NCBI GenBank assembly: GCA_009103225.1
Contig: RHPI01000385.1
Coordinates: 337,392-401,391, forward strand
Length of the DNA stretch: 64,000 nt
Reading direction: 5' to 3'
Source of the DNA: Chlorokybus atmophyticus
Taxonomy: Eukaryota > Plantae > Mesostigma and Chlorokybus algae
In this document: one piece after another, positions 36,640 to 49,374 of the stretch
Position numbering within the stretch: the stretch's first letter is position 1
Layout of the letters: each line of letters starts with the position of its first letter
Made by a program: the position numbers and the translations under genes
Notes under the pieces: generated by a model
Seen by the model: the letters and a program-made list of their open reading frames with translations, nothing else
Told to the model about the DNA's origin: nothing
Databases searched by the model: none

Positions 36640-38512
36640 CACACTCACCTCTATCACGACCACCGGGCTTGGTATACACTACCTACTACTACCTACTTCA
36701 CTACTCTACTGCCCAACCGTCAGTCTGCAAGCATGCATTACCTGCCACATCGCCAGTAGAGTCAGCCTTGAGTAGGACCACGTTGACGACCACAATGACT
36801 AGCAGACTCCCCCCGCCGCCGCTCCCAACCTCCGCCACCACGACAACTGCTGTCGCAGCTGCTTTTTGCCACAGCATACTTAGGGTTTCGTCAGCCGTCT
36901 ACGGCCTTGGCATGCACGGCAAAAAACTCCCTGAGTTGCTGCGGCCATGTGCACTTGACTCTAACGACACGGGCATTGCACTGCTCCCCATGTATTTACA
37001 CTCGCCCATCGCGCCCGTCCGTCTTCAGCTGCGTCCGTCTTCAGCACTGCTATGCATTGCGGACTGCATGCATGTTTGCTACATTCTCATGCATGCGACA
37101 ATCCTTGCATACTATATTATACACATGCATGAGTAGTCTACTTACAACACCATGAAGCACTCTCATTAACCACCGGGCTGCTAACCTAGCTGCTACCTAC
37201 CTTCTCTACTGCCCATACCCCATTAGACATGCATGCATGCATGCGTGCGTCATCACCTGCACATGCACCTTGGTAAGCGGCCTTCTTGCAGCAGCAGCGG
37301 CCACACCAGCAGCAGGACTCAACGGACTCCCCCTCCCGCTTCACCCCACACCCCCGCCGCCATCTCCGCCAGCCTCCTACTGCCGTCTTGTCAACTGCCG
37401 GCTTAGGGTTTTGTCAGTACACGCACGCATGCATGTACAACAAGCACGGAAACTCCCTCTGCGGCGGTGCATGTCGTGGCTGTGTGAAAGAAGCTCAAGT
37501 CGCACATCAACAACGCACTCACAAGTCAGCTCTGAGACGCTCTATTATATAAGCTCACATCGCACATCAAAGCAGCTCCATTATAGAAGCTGTGACTGCC
37601 AATGCAACAACAGAGCATGAACTGTGGTGGCGGTGGTGGTGAACCAAGCCTAAGCAGCAACTAGTCCAAGCAGCAACCAGTGGTCAGTACTTGACGCTGT
37701 ACTGCAAGCACCAGCAACGTCAGCCATGTGTGGCATGCATGCATCAACTGCACGCACAACAGCCAGCACGCAAAGAGCCTCTAAGCCAACTGGTTGACTG
37801 GCTAACTTTGCTGGTAAGTTGCACTGACAGAATGAACTGGCGTTGGCATGATGTTAATGCACTGGCATAAACTGTCAGCAGGTGTGTGCACCGGCTGTGG
37901 TCTGTACTTGCTCGTGTTGGTCGTGATTGCATACTCTTGCTGCACAGTGCTTGCTAGTGTTGGTCAATGCTAGCTAACGGTGTCGATTAGTGCTTGCTAG
38001 TTAGTGCTGGCTTGTGTTAGTGCTTGCTAGTGCTTTACCACGTGCACCTTATCTAACTACCAAGCTCTCCGTTTTAATTGCAGTCCGCGGCACGTCTACG
38101 GGAGTGCAAGGTCTCTCATGGCGCTATGGAGGCATACCGGGGCAAAAGGCATACATGCAACTGCAACAGTTGTCAAGCTAGAGAGAACAGACAACAAGGC
38201 AAGGAAGTCATGTGCAAATTGCTCGGAACCACTGCCACAAGCTTTGGTGGACTGCGGTTGGGCTGCTCATGCAGGTGTGCTGCAACGATGTATGAATGAA
38301 GCCATGAGTAACTGTCAACATGTGTATGACATGCAGCATGCAGAAACCCATACCAAGAAACTTTCTACATGTGGCGACCGCCAACCTTTTATGTTAAGGG
38401 AGGGGCGATTGCTCTATTTAAACTTTAACCACTTGAAGTGCACCCTCCGCCCTCCTCGCCCTTGCGCTGCTGCTGGTTGCGAGCACTTGAACTCAGCCGG
38501 TTGCTCCAAACG

Positions 38513-39041
38513 TGTCACAGCCCACTCGACCACAAAAGACTTGGTGCTTTTATGGTCGATTTGTGGTATTTTCATGTGCCTTCCCGTTACATTCCCCCCC
38601 ACTTAAGAACGCTGACGTCCTCGGCAGCTGCCCGGTCAGCTGGGGGAATTACCCAAGAGGTTTGTTAGGGTCGGTCACCGGCTCACAGCCAAGGACCGGC
38701 CAATTTAAGCCCATACCGGTCAACGTGCGCATATCGCACCGCTGCCGGCCCCACAGGTCGCGTCGCCGCGATAGGCAGGTCACGCCCTGCCGCGCCGACT
38801 GAACTGATCAGTTCGGCGCGACTGCCATTAGGCAAGTCGCGACCCATCGATGATGGCACTTTTAAAGTGACCATTTACGATGTTATTGGAGCGAGAAACA
38901 ACGACCGCGGAATTTGTGTGCAAGGCAGGAATCGAAGCCGGGTCTCAAGCTCCGATGACCAATGTCACAGCCCACTCGACCACAAAAGACTTGGTGCTTT
39001 TATGGTTGATTCGTGGTATTTCACTGTGCCTTCCCGTTACA
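38513..39041 (-). mobile_element. Intact terminal-repeat retrotransposon in miniature (TRIM), 529 bp
   Basis: 79-bp direct repeats at 38513-38591 and 38963-39041 (74/79 identical) with TG..CA ends; TSD AAACG at 38508-38512 and 39042-39046; PBS-like TGGTCATCGGAGC (38949-38961) and PPT AAGTGGGGGGGAA (38592-38604) on the minus strand; non-coding 371-bp interior. Confidence 0.93.
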
Positions 39042-41220
39042 AAACGCATGTGTAGCACTTGTACCCGGCATTACTCTACCTTATGTGGAGGAGAGCGAGC
39101 ACATGCGCATCACCTTCTACGCTCGTACGGGGGGCTATGCGGACGCTACCATGACGCCACTCAACCCCCGTAAGTGCACACTGTGCTGTGTAATGTTCAT
39201 TGTCATTGTCATATGTGTTTATTGTCATTGTAATTACTTACTTGACCGCTACAGTGCTGAATAAAGGAAAAAATCCGTGCATGAGCGGGACAAGATCGCG
39301 CATGCAGATGCCTGCTGAACAAATACAAGGAAGATCTGCAAGGTCATCAAGTCGGGCATTACGCAAGTAGCAAGGGCGTTTATTTATTATTAAATAAGCT
39401 TGCGGCCAACAAGCACACTCTCTTTTCTTTCATGCAAAAAAATTTAGGAAGTGGCATGTAAGTGTCGGGTACGATTAGCACATGTTTTAACCATCTTTAA
39501 AACTACAAGCTCGCATAAACGCATATGTTGGAAGAGTTATGATACATTTGGAAAAGAAGACAACGTGGCCATCATCCTCGTTGCGTCGATCAAGATGAAT
39601 AACGACTTGAAGGTCGTTCTTGCCTTGCACAACCTCCAACACCACTCCTGTTTGTTTTAAACAAGCTCCAACAAGACAAGCTTGACTAACCTTGCAACTA
39701 TAGCGTGCTCATGGTGTTGGAGCAGGAAAGAGAGGCATGGCTGATCAATTATGATTAGTGGGGTGATGTTACCTGCTTGCCAATCGCGCAGCCGTCGCTG
39801 CAATCACGGTGGCCCGCTCAAACGCCACGGCATTGCACCCCGCCGTCGCAATTGCCAACCCCGTCGCTGTCAGTCTTGGACACTTACTACGTTGCTTTGG
39901 TACATGCCTACGGCATGTATTGTGAGTATAACTTATTAACATAAGTAACCTGTTTGCGATACAAGTTTTACGAAGGGTATTTGCGAATTGTGGCTATGCT
40001 GTTGTGGCAAACCAATAGTGCCATATAATTGATGTGTTTACATTTGCAAGTGTCTCAGTGCAAGACCTAATAGCTTCCCAACAATTAAAGGCAAGCCGAG
40101 AAGTAGTATGCCACGTGACTTGGAGTATCATTTACTTATATCAGCATCCGATGATGTGTGCAAAGTATGCATTTCATTGCGTGTTTGCTTGTACACATCA
40201 CAATTGCGTAATGTGGAACTCAATATGTGACAACAATGGAGTCCCCAACAAGCTACATGAACAACATGATGTTTGCAAAACTTGCACACATTGCGGTTTT
40301 GCGCACAATTTAGCTAACACTGTAGCGCCGATAGGCAATTCTGTATGATGGCACATGGCGAGTGCAATTTGACTGCAACACTGTATTTGCCAGCTACCAT
40401 CCCTCGCCGCTTCTCCCATTTGCTGCCTCTCTACTAGACCTTGGTGATTTGTGCATTGTGTTTGGCACATATTGGGGCATGGAACTGCATAGTGCATATG
40501 CGTTCCACATGCTCTTGCCCACTCACATACAAACAACATGCGCATGCACGCTCACCACTATGATGCACGGTTGCATTGATCAAGGTCATTGCAATGATTA
40601 TCCCTATGGTAGCATGTAGGGTGTTGATTGGTATGTCATGCACAGAAATGCGTGCACATACAACAGATGCAGTGCGTATGCATCCATGCGTACACACTTG
40701 CATAGCACGCTGTGAATGCAGCAAGTCCATGACAAATGCAGAGATGCATAACAGCGCTGGCGGAGCAAGTGTGCGTGTTAATCTACCAATTCGTCACAAG
40801 CACACTGCTAATAACTTGAACCCGCTCAATGTGCAGTCAGTGCGCGAACATCTGCAATGCTGTTGCACATACCACACAACAAACTTCCCAGAATTGACCA
40901 TGCCTTCATACAGCAACCCTTCAGCACCACCACTAACACTATCATGAAGCCGTAATGCATGCCCCTGCTGTGCATGACAGCTATGTGTTGTAGTTTACGC
41001 ACTGCTGGCAAGCAAAGCATGCCAGCAAAACACATTTTCACTCAGCTGAAAGGCACGTACCAAAGATCGCAACACATGAGCTTGCAACTCTAACCATATA
41101 CTGCAACAACTGCAGACAATACCCGCTTGATTGCTGGAATTGTCAAGACAAAGCATGCATTTCCAAAAGCATATAGCGACACCACGCTCAACACTAGACC
41201 GTAAATAGTCCTTGCAATAC

Positions 41221-43216
41221 TTAGTCGAACAAGCTGAAGCCCATGTCCTGAACAACGCCACAGAAGTCAGTACCTGCATTGCATACAAAACCCATTGTTC
41301 AACACTCAGAATGCTTACATCTTCTGACTCCTCCTTCTCTTCCTCCTTCTCTTCCTCCTTGGCAGCAGCAGCACCGGCGCCAGAGTCATCAGCAGATGGA
41401 GCAGCCACTGCGAAAGCGGAAGGATCCTGCAAGCATAGAGCGTCACGACATGCTGCAGCTGTGTGCTAGACGCCTGTGACATGCAACGTGGATGACATCC
41501 AACCAGCACTGCAAGGCTGCCACCTGTCAACCACACTCTGCAAAAAACCTCAAGAGTACGTACCGCAAGGTACGCCTTGACCTTCTCAGCAAGCGGGAAT
41601 GAGTAATCGGTCTCCACAGCAACAGCCAGCACGTTCTTGTACCTGTTGGAGGCAAATATAGTTGAGAAGCCACAAGGACTTGCAGTGGTCTGTTCAGCGA
41701 AAGCTTGTCACTTTGGGGTTGCACAGTGCACTGACTCAGCACTTACGAGTTGATAATGGAGTGTGGGATGGATGCCAGCGTTGGATAGTCAATGGCAAGG
41801 CCAAGTGCTGCAATGGTTTGCACGCCAATTGCAAAGCTCTTGGTAAGATCATCATCTGACAAGTCCAGCACCTTCACATCAAAGATGGCGCCATTGTCGA
41901 AGACCTGTTCAGAAGCCCAGCAATGTCAATACAATGCCTTTCATACAAACCTGCACTCACACCTAGACCGAAACAGCTTGCACCTGTCTGATGACCAGCC
42001 CGTACGAGAAGGGCTTGATGCCAAGCTTGGCAAGAAGAGCAGCCTCAGACGAGCCCACCTTGTCACCGGCCTGGCAGACACTGATGTCATCAAACTGTTC
42101 CATGGAATGTTACCCTCACAAGCACTAGTAGATACGCATACCGTGACGAGATGGACGTCACTGATGATTTCGACAGTACCCTTATTAATCTTGGTGGCAA
42201 TGTTGAGAACCTGAAACAACAGACTGTCAACAGTAGAGAGGCAAGCATCTCTGATACCAGAAGAACTTGATCGAACGTACATACAGTACGAACACGCAAT
42301 GCTCATAGATGCTTCACTGCACCTGGAAGAAGGATGTCTGGGATGGATCGAGACCGGTGTTGCCAGCAGGGACCACCACATCAGCGGGTGCAACCAGACC
42401 AACACGAGCAGGGGCGCCAACCTGTGACGGACAGGTTGGTCGCATGCAAACTCAATGGCGGATATATGGACACTAGAACACAACAAACGGCACGCACCTT
42501 GTACTTGGCAACCTCGTCACGCACAGCAGCCAGATCGCCCTTGGTGAAGATGAGTCCGACATTTCCCTATTGGCAGATGCATCATCAAGAGCAACTCACA
42601 ATAAAAGCGTCATGTGAATACAGTCACCACTACTGACATACCTTCATCATCTCAATGACAGACTCCCAGAGATGGTTGCCTGTGCGGTTGATGTACTCAC
42701 GAATGGATCGCCTCATCATAGTGTTTTTGCCCATGAGCACAACACTGTCTGGGCGCAGACCACTGCGGATAGCCTGCAGCTGGTTACTTCCAACATTGTC
42801 GGCCTGAGCAACAACAGCATTTCTCATTGAGAGGCAGCTGCTACTCCTTCACAGTCTGCTACTAACAAGGTTGGTAGCATGCAGACGACTCTCCAAGACA
42901 AACAAATTCAGAATGCGTCTATAACCTGAGCACCCCATTTCCAGCCTCTTGCAGCTAACAACCGTGGAGAACAAAACGTCACCACATCTCGAGGGCAATC
43001 GCAGTTTCAAAGAACAGACCAACCGCTTAGTAACATCACGCTGTGTAGCAACTGCATTTGCTAATATGTGTATGCATAGGAACGCCAGGGTCATGCAGAC
43101 CAACAAGTATACAAGTATACCAGCACAAGGAAAGCCTTATCGAACTCCTCCAGAAGCGAGCACAGCTTGGCATCGTAGTTCTCCTTTTTCTGCGCCTTGG
43201 TCACCGTCCTCACCAT
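41221..43216 (-). CDS. RPP0: 60S acidic ribosomal protein P0 (uL10); multi-exon
   Basis: [13 protein letters not shown]...[39 protein letters not shown], and the C-terminal EEEKEESED|DMGFSLFD. Confidence 0.97.
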
Positions 43217-43474
43217 CTTGCCAGATATTGTAGTGCTACCACCTAGTGTTCAAGCTCTCCGCTGCCTCCGCGGGGCCAAGACAAGCGCTCAAAGCGCCGT
43301 CAAGGTAGGAGGGGAGAGTTCCCGCTCCTTTTAACCCAAGATGTCCGTATGGCGGCCGGGAAGGTGCCCGACGACGACGCTGCGGCGGCGGTGGCGGCGA
43401 AAGAGACCTTCACTCTGGCTAACAGGCGGCTGAATGCTTGAGCTGAATGCATCCTAGCCGTCCAATGTGAGCAA

Positions 43475-43483
43475 TTAGGGTTT
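43475..43483. promoter_or_regulatory. Telo-box in the RPP0/LTV1 divergent promoter
   Basis: Exact TTAGGGTTT between the two start codons. Confidence 0.6.
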
Positions 43484-43634
43484 GCTAACCAATGATGGCG
43501 ATCGATCAGGCTATGTCACGTAACGTTCGTTTTGCAGTGCAAGCCCAAGCGGCGGCGGCGGGCGGCGGCGGCGGTGGGCGGCGCAAAGGTGGAGGTTGAA
43601 GTGATCGTAGATATCGTGCTGTTTGGCAGTAAGC

Positions 43635-46474
43635 ATGGGGAAGTCGAAGTTTATCGACAAGAAGAAGGCCGTGCAGTACAGGCTGGTGCACAGGCCGTCG
43701 GAGGAGTCCGGGCTGGAGCATGACGGGGCTGAGGGCAGCCATGTGTTTGAGAGGATGGACCGCACTGACCTGCCCTCACCGCTTGTGGAAGGCGAAGAGG
43801 GTAACGACGAGGAGTATGAGGACGAGTATGAGGATGAGGATGAATCAGGTACGCCAGTTGTCGGTATATATGCAGGCTGCATATCGCCATTGCGAGTCTT
43901 GGGTGCATGTTAAAGACCTTCAGGTCGACATCAGTCGACCCACTGAATGGGCATATCGCGGGCCTCCTACAGTCCAGTAGTAGTCACTGATGCTCATCCA
44001 GCAGCGACTGCAGCACGTACTGCTTGCATGTGCTGTTGGCATTGGCGATGGTTCTTCGTGTCCCAGTATCAGTTCAAGCGGGTTTGCCATTGAGTCATCA
44101 TGCAGTTCAATACAATTGCTGTACGCGCCAAAGTGTTTCAAGTGTTATACTGTTTCACGTACGTGCGTAGTATAGTTCCCAGAGTGGTTGTTTCTTCAGG
44201 GTATAGGGCTAGACTGGCAGCATATGAGGCGCGACGACGGGAATTGTTGGAGCTAGGGTTCGCGGATGATGGGTATGTAACGCTTGTTGCTGTGCTAGCA
44301 TGCAGTGGCCATTTTGCTGAAGTGCGTATCATCAGTACCTGAGTATCTGCAGATATGACTACTTACAGCACTTGCGCGTCATCAAACGGAGCACTGGCGC
44401 CATGTTTATGGCTGTAGAGAAGCCGCGTGCACCAGACAATGATATTAGGCTATATGATGCGTCAAAAGCACACGCCTGCAGCACGGTAAGCGGCCGGTTG
44501 CCTACTTGCAGGCTTGTGCGTCAGTGTCTTGCTCGACAATAACAAGGCCTACGGGAAAGCAGATGACATGCGTGCTTGTCAACAGGCACCAACAGATGAA
44601 GAAGAAGCACTACTTGTTGGAGCAGAAGCAACCACCAGGCAATTGCGGCGACAGCCACAGCAGCTTGCTGAAGGTCTGCTCTCTGTCTATCAACTTGGTT
44701 CACACTATTGCAGTGCACATTGTTGATACTTGGTGCCAGTCGGGAGCGTCGTTCATGTGTCTGCACTGTGCTTTTGAGTCTTTGCACTTTTTGCACACAT
44801 ATGAACACATTGATTCTCCTGCATTGAAATGTTAGGTTTGGATGCTGAGGTTGCTGCGGCACTGGAGGATGAAGCCGCAAGTGACGACGGGTCGAGTGCT
44901 TTGCTGGAGGATGACTTCATTGCCCTGGCCATGGAGGGCCTTGATGAACCAGCCGGCGAGGGTACAAGTGCTGCGGAGGCTCACTGGTTGTTGCGTGCTG
45001 CAGAGGAGGCAGATACCTCCGAGCAGTCAAGCGATGAAGATGATGTTAGGTGGGAAAGCGACTCAGCTTTGGATGCAGCTCCTACTGCAACGGGCTCAGG
45101 GTCACAGGAACACGGAAGCCACAGGGCTTCACGGCCATCACGTGTACTGGACGAACAATTTGAACAGGTAAGCACACTGGCTGCATGCATGCGAGGTAAC
45201 TGACATCCAGGGATTATTACTTGCTCATGAGCAGTGTGCAGCACAATGAGTTGCAGTTGTCAATGGCAACTGTCTAGTTATGCTTGGCTAGCAGAGTTTG
45301 TGCTACTTGCCAGCTTATATATGATGAGGCGATTTCCAGCATGCAACTCAGTTGCACAGCACAGTCGCAAGGGGGCATGCAGTCCACACATGACAAGCAG
45401 GCCTCATGGCGGCAACACTATTATGTTTAGAAAACATGCATAGCTGTGGGTAACTGACGAACAACAATGCCTTGCAGCTGGCGTTGCGGGAGTATGATTC
45501 TGATGACATGGGTGAACTGGAAGAAGATGACCCCTCCACCCGCAACACGGCCTCCATCTCGCAGTACTCGTCAGTGTTGGATGAGTTTTTGTCAAACCCT
45601 GACGTCACGGCTGTTGACTACGAGCTCAAGTTTCCAAGTATGGACGCCGCAGTGCGGTCAAAAACCAAGCCATCACGCTTGCCAGACGTCCTTGAAGATA
45701 AACCACTTGATACACAGCAAGACCTTGCAGAGGATGGCGCTTCCACGTCTTCGGACAATGATGAAATCGTGCGCGTTGAAGATCCGGAACCAGAAGAGCA
45801 ATGGGACTGCGAGTCCGCTGTGACCATGCTGTCAAACCTTGACAACCATCCTGGACGCATCAGCGAGCGCCACCGTGCTTCGCGGCAAGCCCCACTCGCA
45901 ACTATTCATTTGACGGGAAAGCATCAACTCCCGGCTGGTTTTGAGGGCTCGTTGCGAAAACCACAAGAGCGGGGCTCCAGTCAACGTAAGCTCGGCGCTG
46001 CGGTTGTGTATGCCTCCCCACCCCCCCTCACCCCACATCCACCTTGTTGCCAATTATTATTATCAGTAGAGTGGGAGTCTTTCTCCCTGCATCTGGTTGT
46101 ATGCTGACAAGGACTTGCTGTGGCAGCTGCTGCACACAGGACCTCATCACAATCCAGTGCACCGCCGGCGCAGCGAAAGCGTGATGAATCTGCAGAAGAG
46201 CGTAAGGCTCGCAAGGTATGGCACTGATAATATTGCTAGTTTCTCAAGCGTGATTGTCTGTTTGTTGACTGCATGACTGAAATCCAGAAGTTTGCAACTC
46301 ATGGCATAATGCGACAGCAAGTAATATGCATTATGGGTGATGTTGCAGGCTGAAGTCAAAGCAGCGCGTCGCGATGCCCGCGCTTCCAAGAAATCCCTCA
46401 AGACGCTCTTCAAAGACGCTGAGAAGCTGTACAAAGGTGCCAAATCCATGCCATCAACAATTCCTGTTGCTTGA
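43635..46474 (+). CDS. LTV1: 40S biogenesis factor LTV1 homolog; multi-exon
   Basis: MGKSKFIDKKKAVQYRLVHR, RRRELLELGFADDG|YDYLQHLR, VLDEQFEQ|LALREYDSDDMGELEE, QWDCESAVTMLSNLDNHPGRI, ERKARK|AEVKAARRDAR. Confidence 0.9.
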
Positions 46475-46871
46475 TTACGATTGTTGCTGGAGTAGCGAAG
46501 GTTTCAGCATTATCAGGCTAGGCAGGTTGGCTTGCTGTTTTGAGCAACACTTGTCTGGAGCAAGTTCTATGTACAGGACAGACGCAATGCATTTGCGCAA
46601 GCCTGTGTGATGCAGGCCATGTGCTGTGAACCCTACTTGTGTATGCGGTGGAGTATGTGCACATCTGTGACAATGTGCACATTTGTGCAAGGTGCTCTTT
46701 GGTTAATGACAGATGCATGAAGAGGTCATCTTATGTCATCATCCTGACAGGATGCGAGATCAACAGTTTGTTCACAATGCTTTGTTGCAAGCAGGCTTCA
46801 CATGTTGCTGACACATGCCGTTGACTTGTTGTGATGTGCATTTGCATTGCTGGCGCATAGGGCTTGTGGGG

Positions 46872-47190
<319 letters not shown>

Positions 47191-47678
47191 CTTGCTTCTC
47201 CTCCTGCCATGTATTTCTGGCGACTGGTCAGCTGGTTGGCTGCTTCACCGTGCACCATATAAAGAGATACAATTCACCGGGAGCAACTAGCAGGCCTTGG
47301 TGATGTGGAGCGCTCTGGCTCTTAATTGTAACCTCTGCTCCTACCCTCCTGCGTTTGCTGCCTTGAGAGCTGGGCTTTGGGACAGACCGACTGCTGTGTC
47401 TGGTCAGCGCGTAAGGCAAATGCCCATGCTCAGCTGCTGACTACTATCCTGCTGGCCCTGCTTTGGAGGTGGTGAAAGGGGAGCACAGCATTAACATGAA
47501 CACCCGCATGTCTTGCAGGTTTGTACTTGCATTGCTGAACCGCAGCATTCCTGTGAGACAGAAGCAAGGCGAGCACAAACCAGACTACCTGTTAACAGTG
47601 CACAGCTGATACTGTGCGCTGGTCCACAACAACGTATATACATACACGAGTTAGATAGTCTAAACTGAACACACGCAT

Positions 47679-49374
47679 TCAAACAGACGATTGCTCGCTT
47701 CGCTGTGCTCTGGGCGGTTCAACTGCCGCCGCAACTTGCGCAGACACATGCACGGGCGTCATCAAGGTGCGCAAGGGCAGCAGCTGGAAGGGCGTTTGAT
47801 GCGGTCGCGGCGTGTCGGGCGTGCGTGGTGTGGAAGCGGTGCTGCCAATGGCGCGGGCAGCAGCGCTGTTGGCCTGCGATAACACCCACGCGCTCTCTGC
47901 AGCCAGCTCCGCCTGCCGCTGATGGCGCTGCTGAAGCGCAATCATTGCTCTCGCCATGATGTAACAAGGGAGCAGAAAACCAAGGATGCGCAGGATGACC
48001 ACCATCACATACGCGCCAGGATTGTCAGTGTCCGCTGCGCACACAACCACGTTAAATTAGTAAACAGGCTTCTTCAGCAGACCAGTTCAATTAAACCAAG
48101 AACAACATATGTGAACTGCGACGGCGGTTGCCAAGACCAGCCAACATCAGACTCAGCATGATGTGGACCTCACCAGGGAAAGGCATGAAGATCAAATGAC
48201 GCAGCAGCAGAAGGAGCAACATAGCGAGGGCTGCAGCTCTCCACCAGGAAGGGGTGCCAATCTGGCCATCCTCATCATGGTCCCACCTCATGCCCTCCCT
48301 GCAACGCAGAACAGCAGGTGAGCATGATTGCCAATCAACCCAGTCGTCTTAGTTAAGGTGAAACGCACACGTGTTTCCAACCAGACCTTTCTGACAAGAG
48401 GGCTTCACCGCGCCTCGCACCCCCAAGTGCAAACCACTCTTCACTGTGCATTTCACGTTCGGACACATGAATACGCATGAAACACAACGCGGCAGCACCC
48501 ACAACATGACGCAACCTCACAACTGTGCAGGGCACTTACGTAAAAAGCATCTGTGGGCCATCTTCCAACTCTGAAGGCCGGTACTGAAGCACGTAGTTGC
48601 CTTTGTACGGCTGCAGTCAACGCCACAGGAGATGGTTTACATAATCATGTATGCTTGCGCTCCCATCTAACAGTACATGCATACAATGCGGGCGATTGAC
48701 TAGTGAAGCAGATGCGGGGTCGCTACCTTGTGGCAAATCTCGCACATCAAGTTGCGCTTCTCCTCAATCCATCGCTGCAGGCACTTGTGATGTGCATACT
48801 GCAAGTTCAAGCAACAACAGTCAGCAAGACCACTGAGCAAGCGTGACAAGTACTTGCTGCATGAACTATATGCGTCAAGCAAAACTTATGCATGTTCTTG
48901 CCAACGAGACCCCAGTACATGTGATTGGGCGTAATGCCCGGTCCGTTGTACAATTGCATGCATGTGCACAGTGACCAGAACCATTCAATTTACCTGAAGG
49001 CTTCCAGCACATGTGCAAGGCGACTCTAAGTTCTCCACGTCATCCTCATCTTGGCAGATGCGGCATTCGCCCAAAAGTGCCCCCTTGCCGCCGTCTAAGT
49101 GACCCTTGTCGTCCGCAGAAGCGACGGCGGGGTCCTCAGGGATGTCCAGCACGACCTCATGCTTGTCGTCCGCCACAGACATATGCTTGCCGCCAGCGCC
49201 AGCGGCGGCGGCGGCTGCGGGCAACAGCGCGGCGCGACACTCCTGCTCTGCAACAATTCCGTACACCTCCTCGTCCTCCTCCTCCTCCTCCTCGTGCTCC
49301 CGGTCGACCCGCGGCCCCTGCACCCGCCCAGCTTCTAGGTCCTGGATCTCGCCGTCCCCGCCATGCTCATTCAT
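47679..49374 (-). CDS. RING-CH (RINGv/MARCH-type) E3 ligase with two TM helices (plant DUF3675-type); multi-exon
   Basis: ECRICQDED...LESPCTCAGSLQ|YAHHKCLQRWIEEKRNLMCEICHK; WWRAAALAMLLLLLLRH; ILRILGFLLPCYIMARA. Confidence 0.88.

Noticed and set aside
38926-38961. tRNA B-box-like GGCTTCGATTCC next to the TRIM PBS (Pol III promoter or SINE)
   Set aside because: No properly spaced A-box and no cloverleaf.
38513-39041. Direct repeats with an intervening sequence as a CRISPR-like array
   Set aside because: Only two repeats, with TG..CA ends, TSD, PBS and PPT; this is an LTR element in a eukaryote with no cas genes.
42249-42259. TGGTATCAGAG (iMet PBS-like) on the minus strand in an RPP0 intron
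   Set aside because: No adjacent LTR end; probably a chance 11-mer.
42807-43120. Intronic C/D snoRNA in RPP0 intron 1 (also the RPS25 intron)
   Set aside because: Only partial C boxes, no terminal stem and no recognisable rRNA guide.
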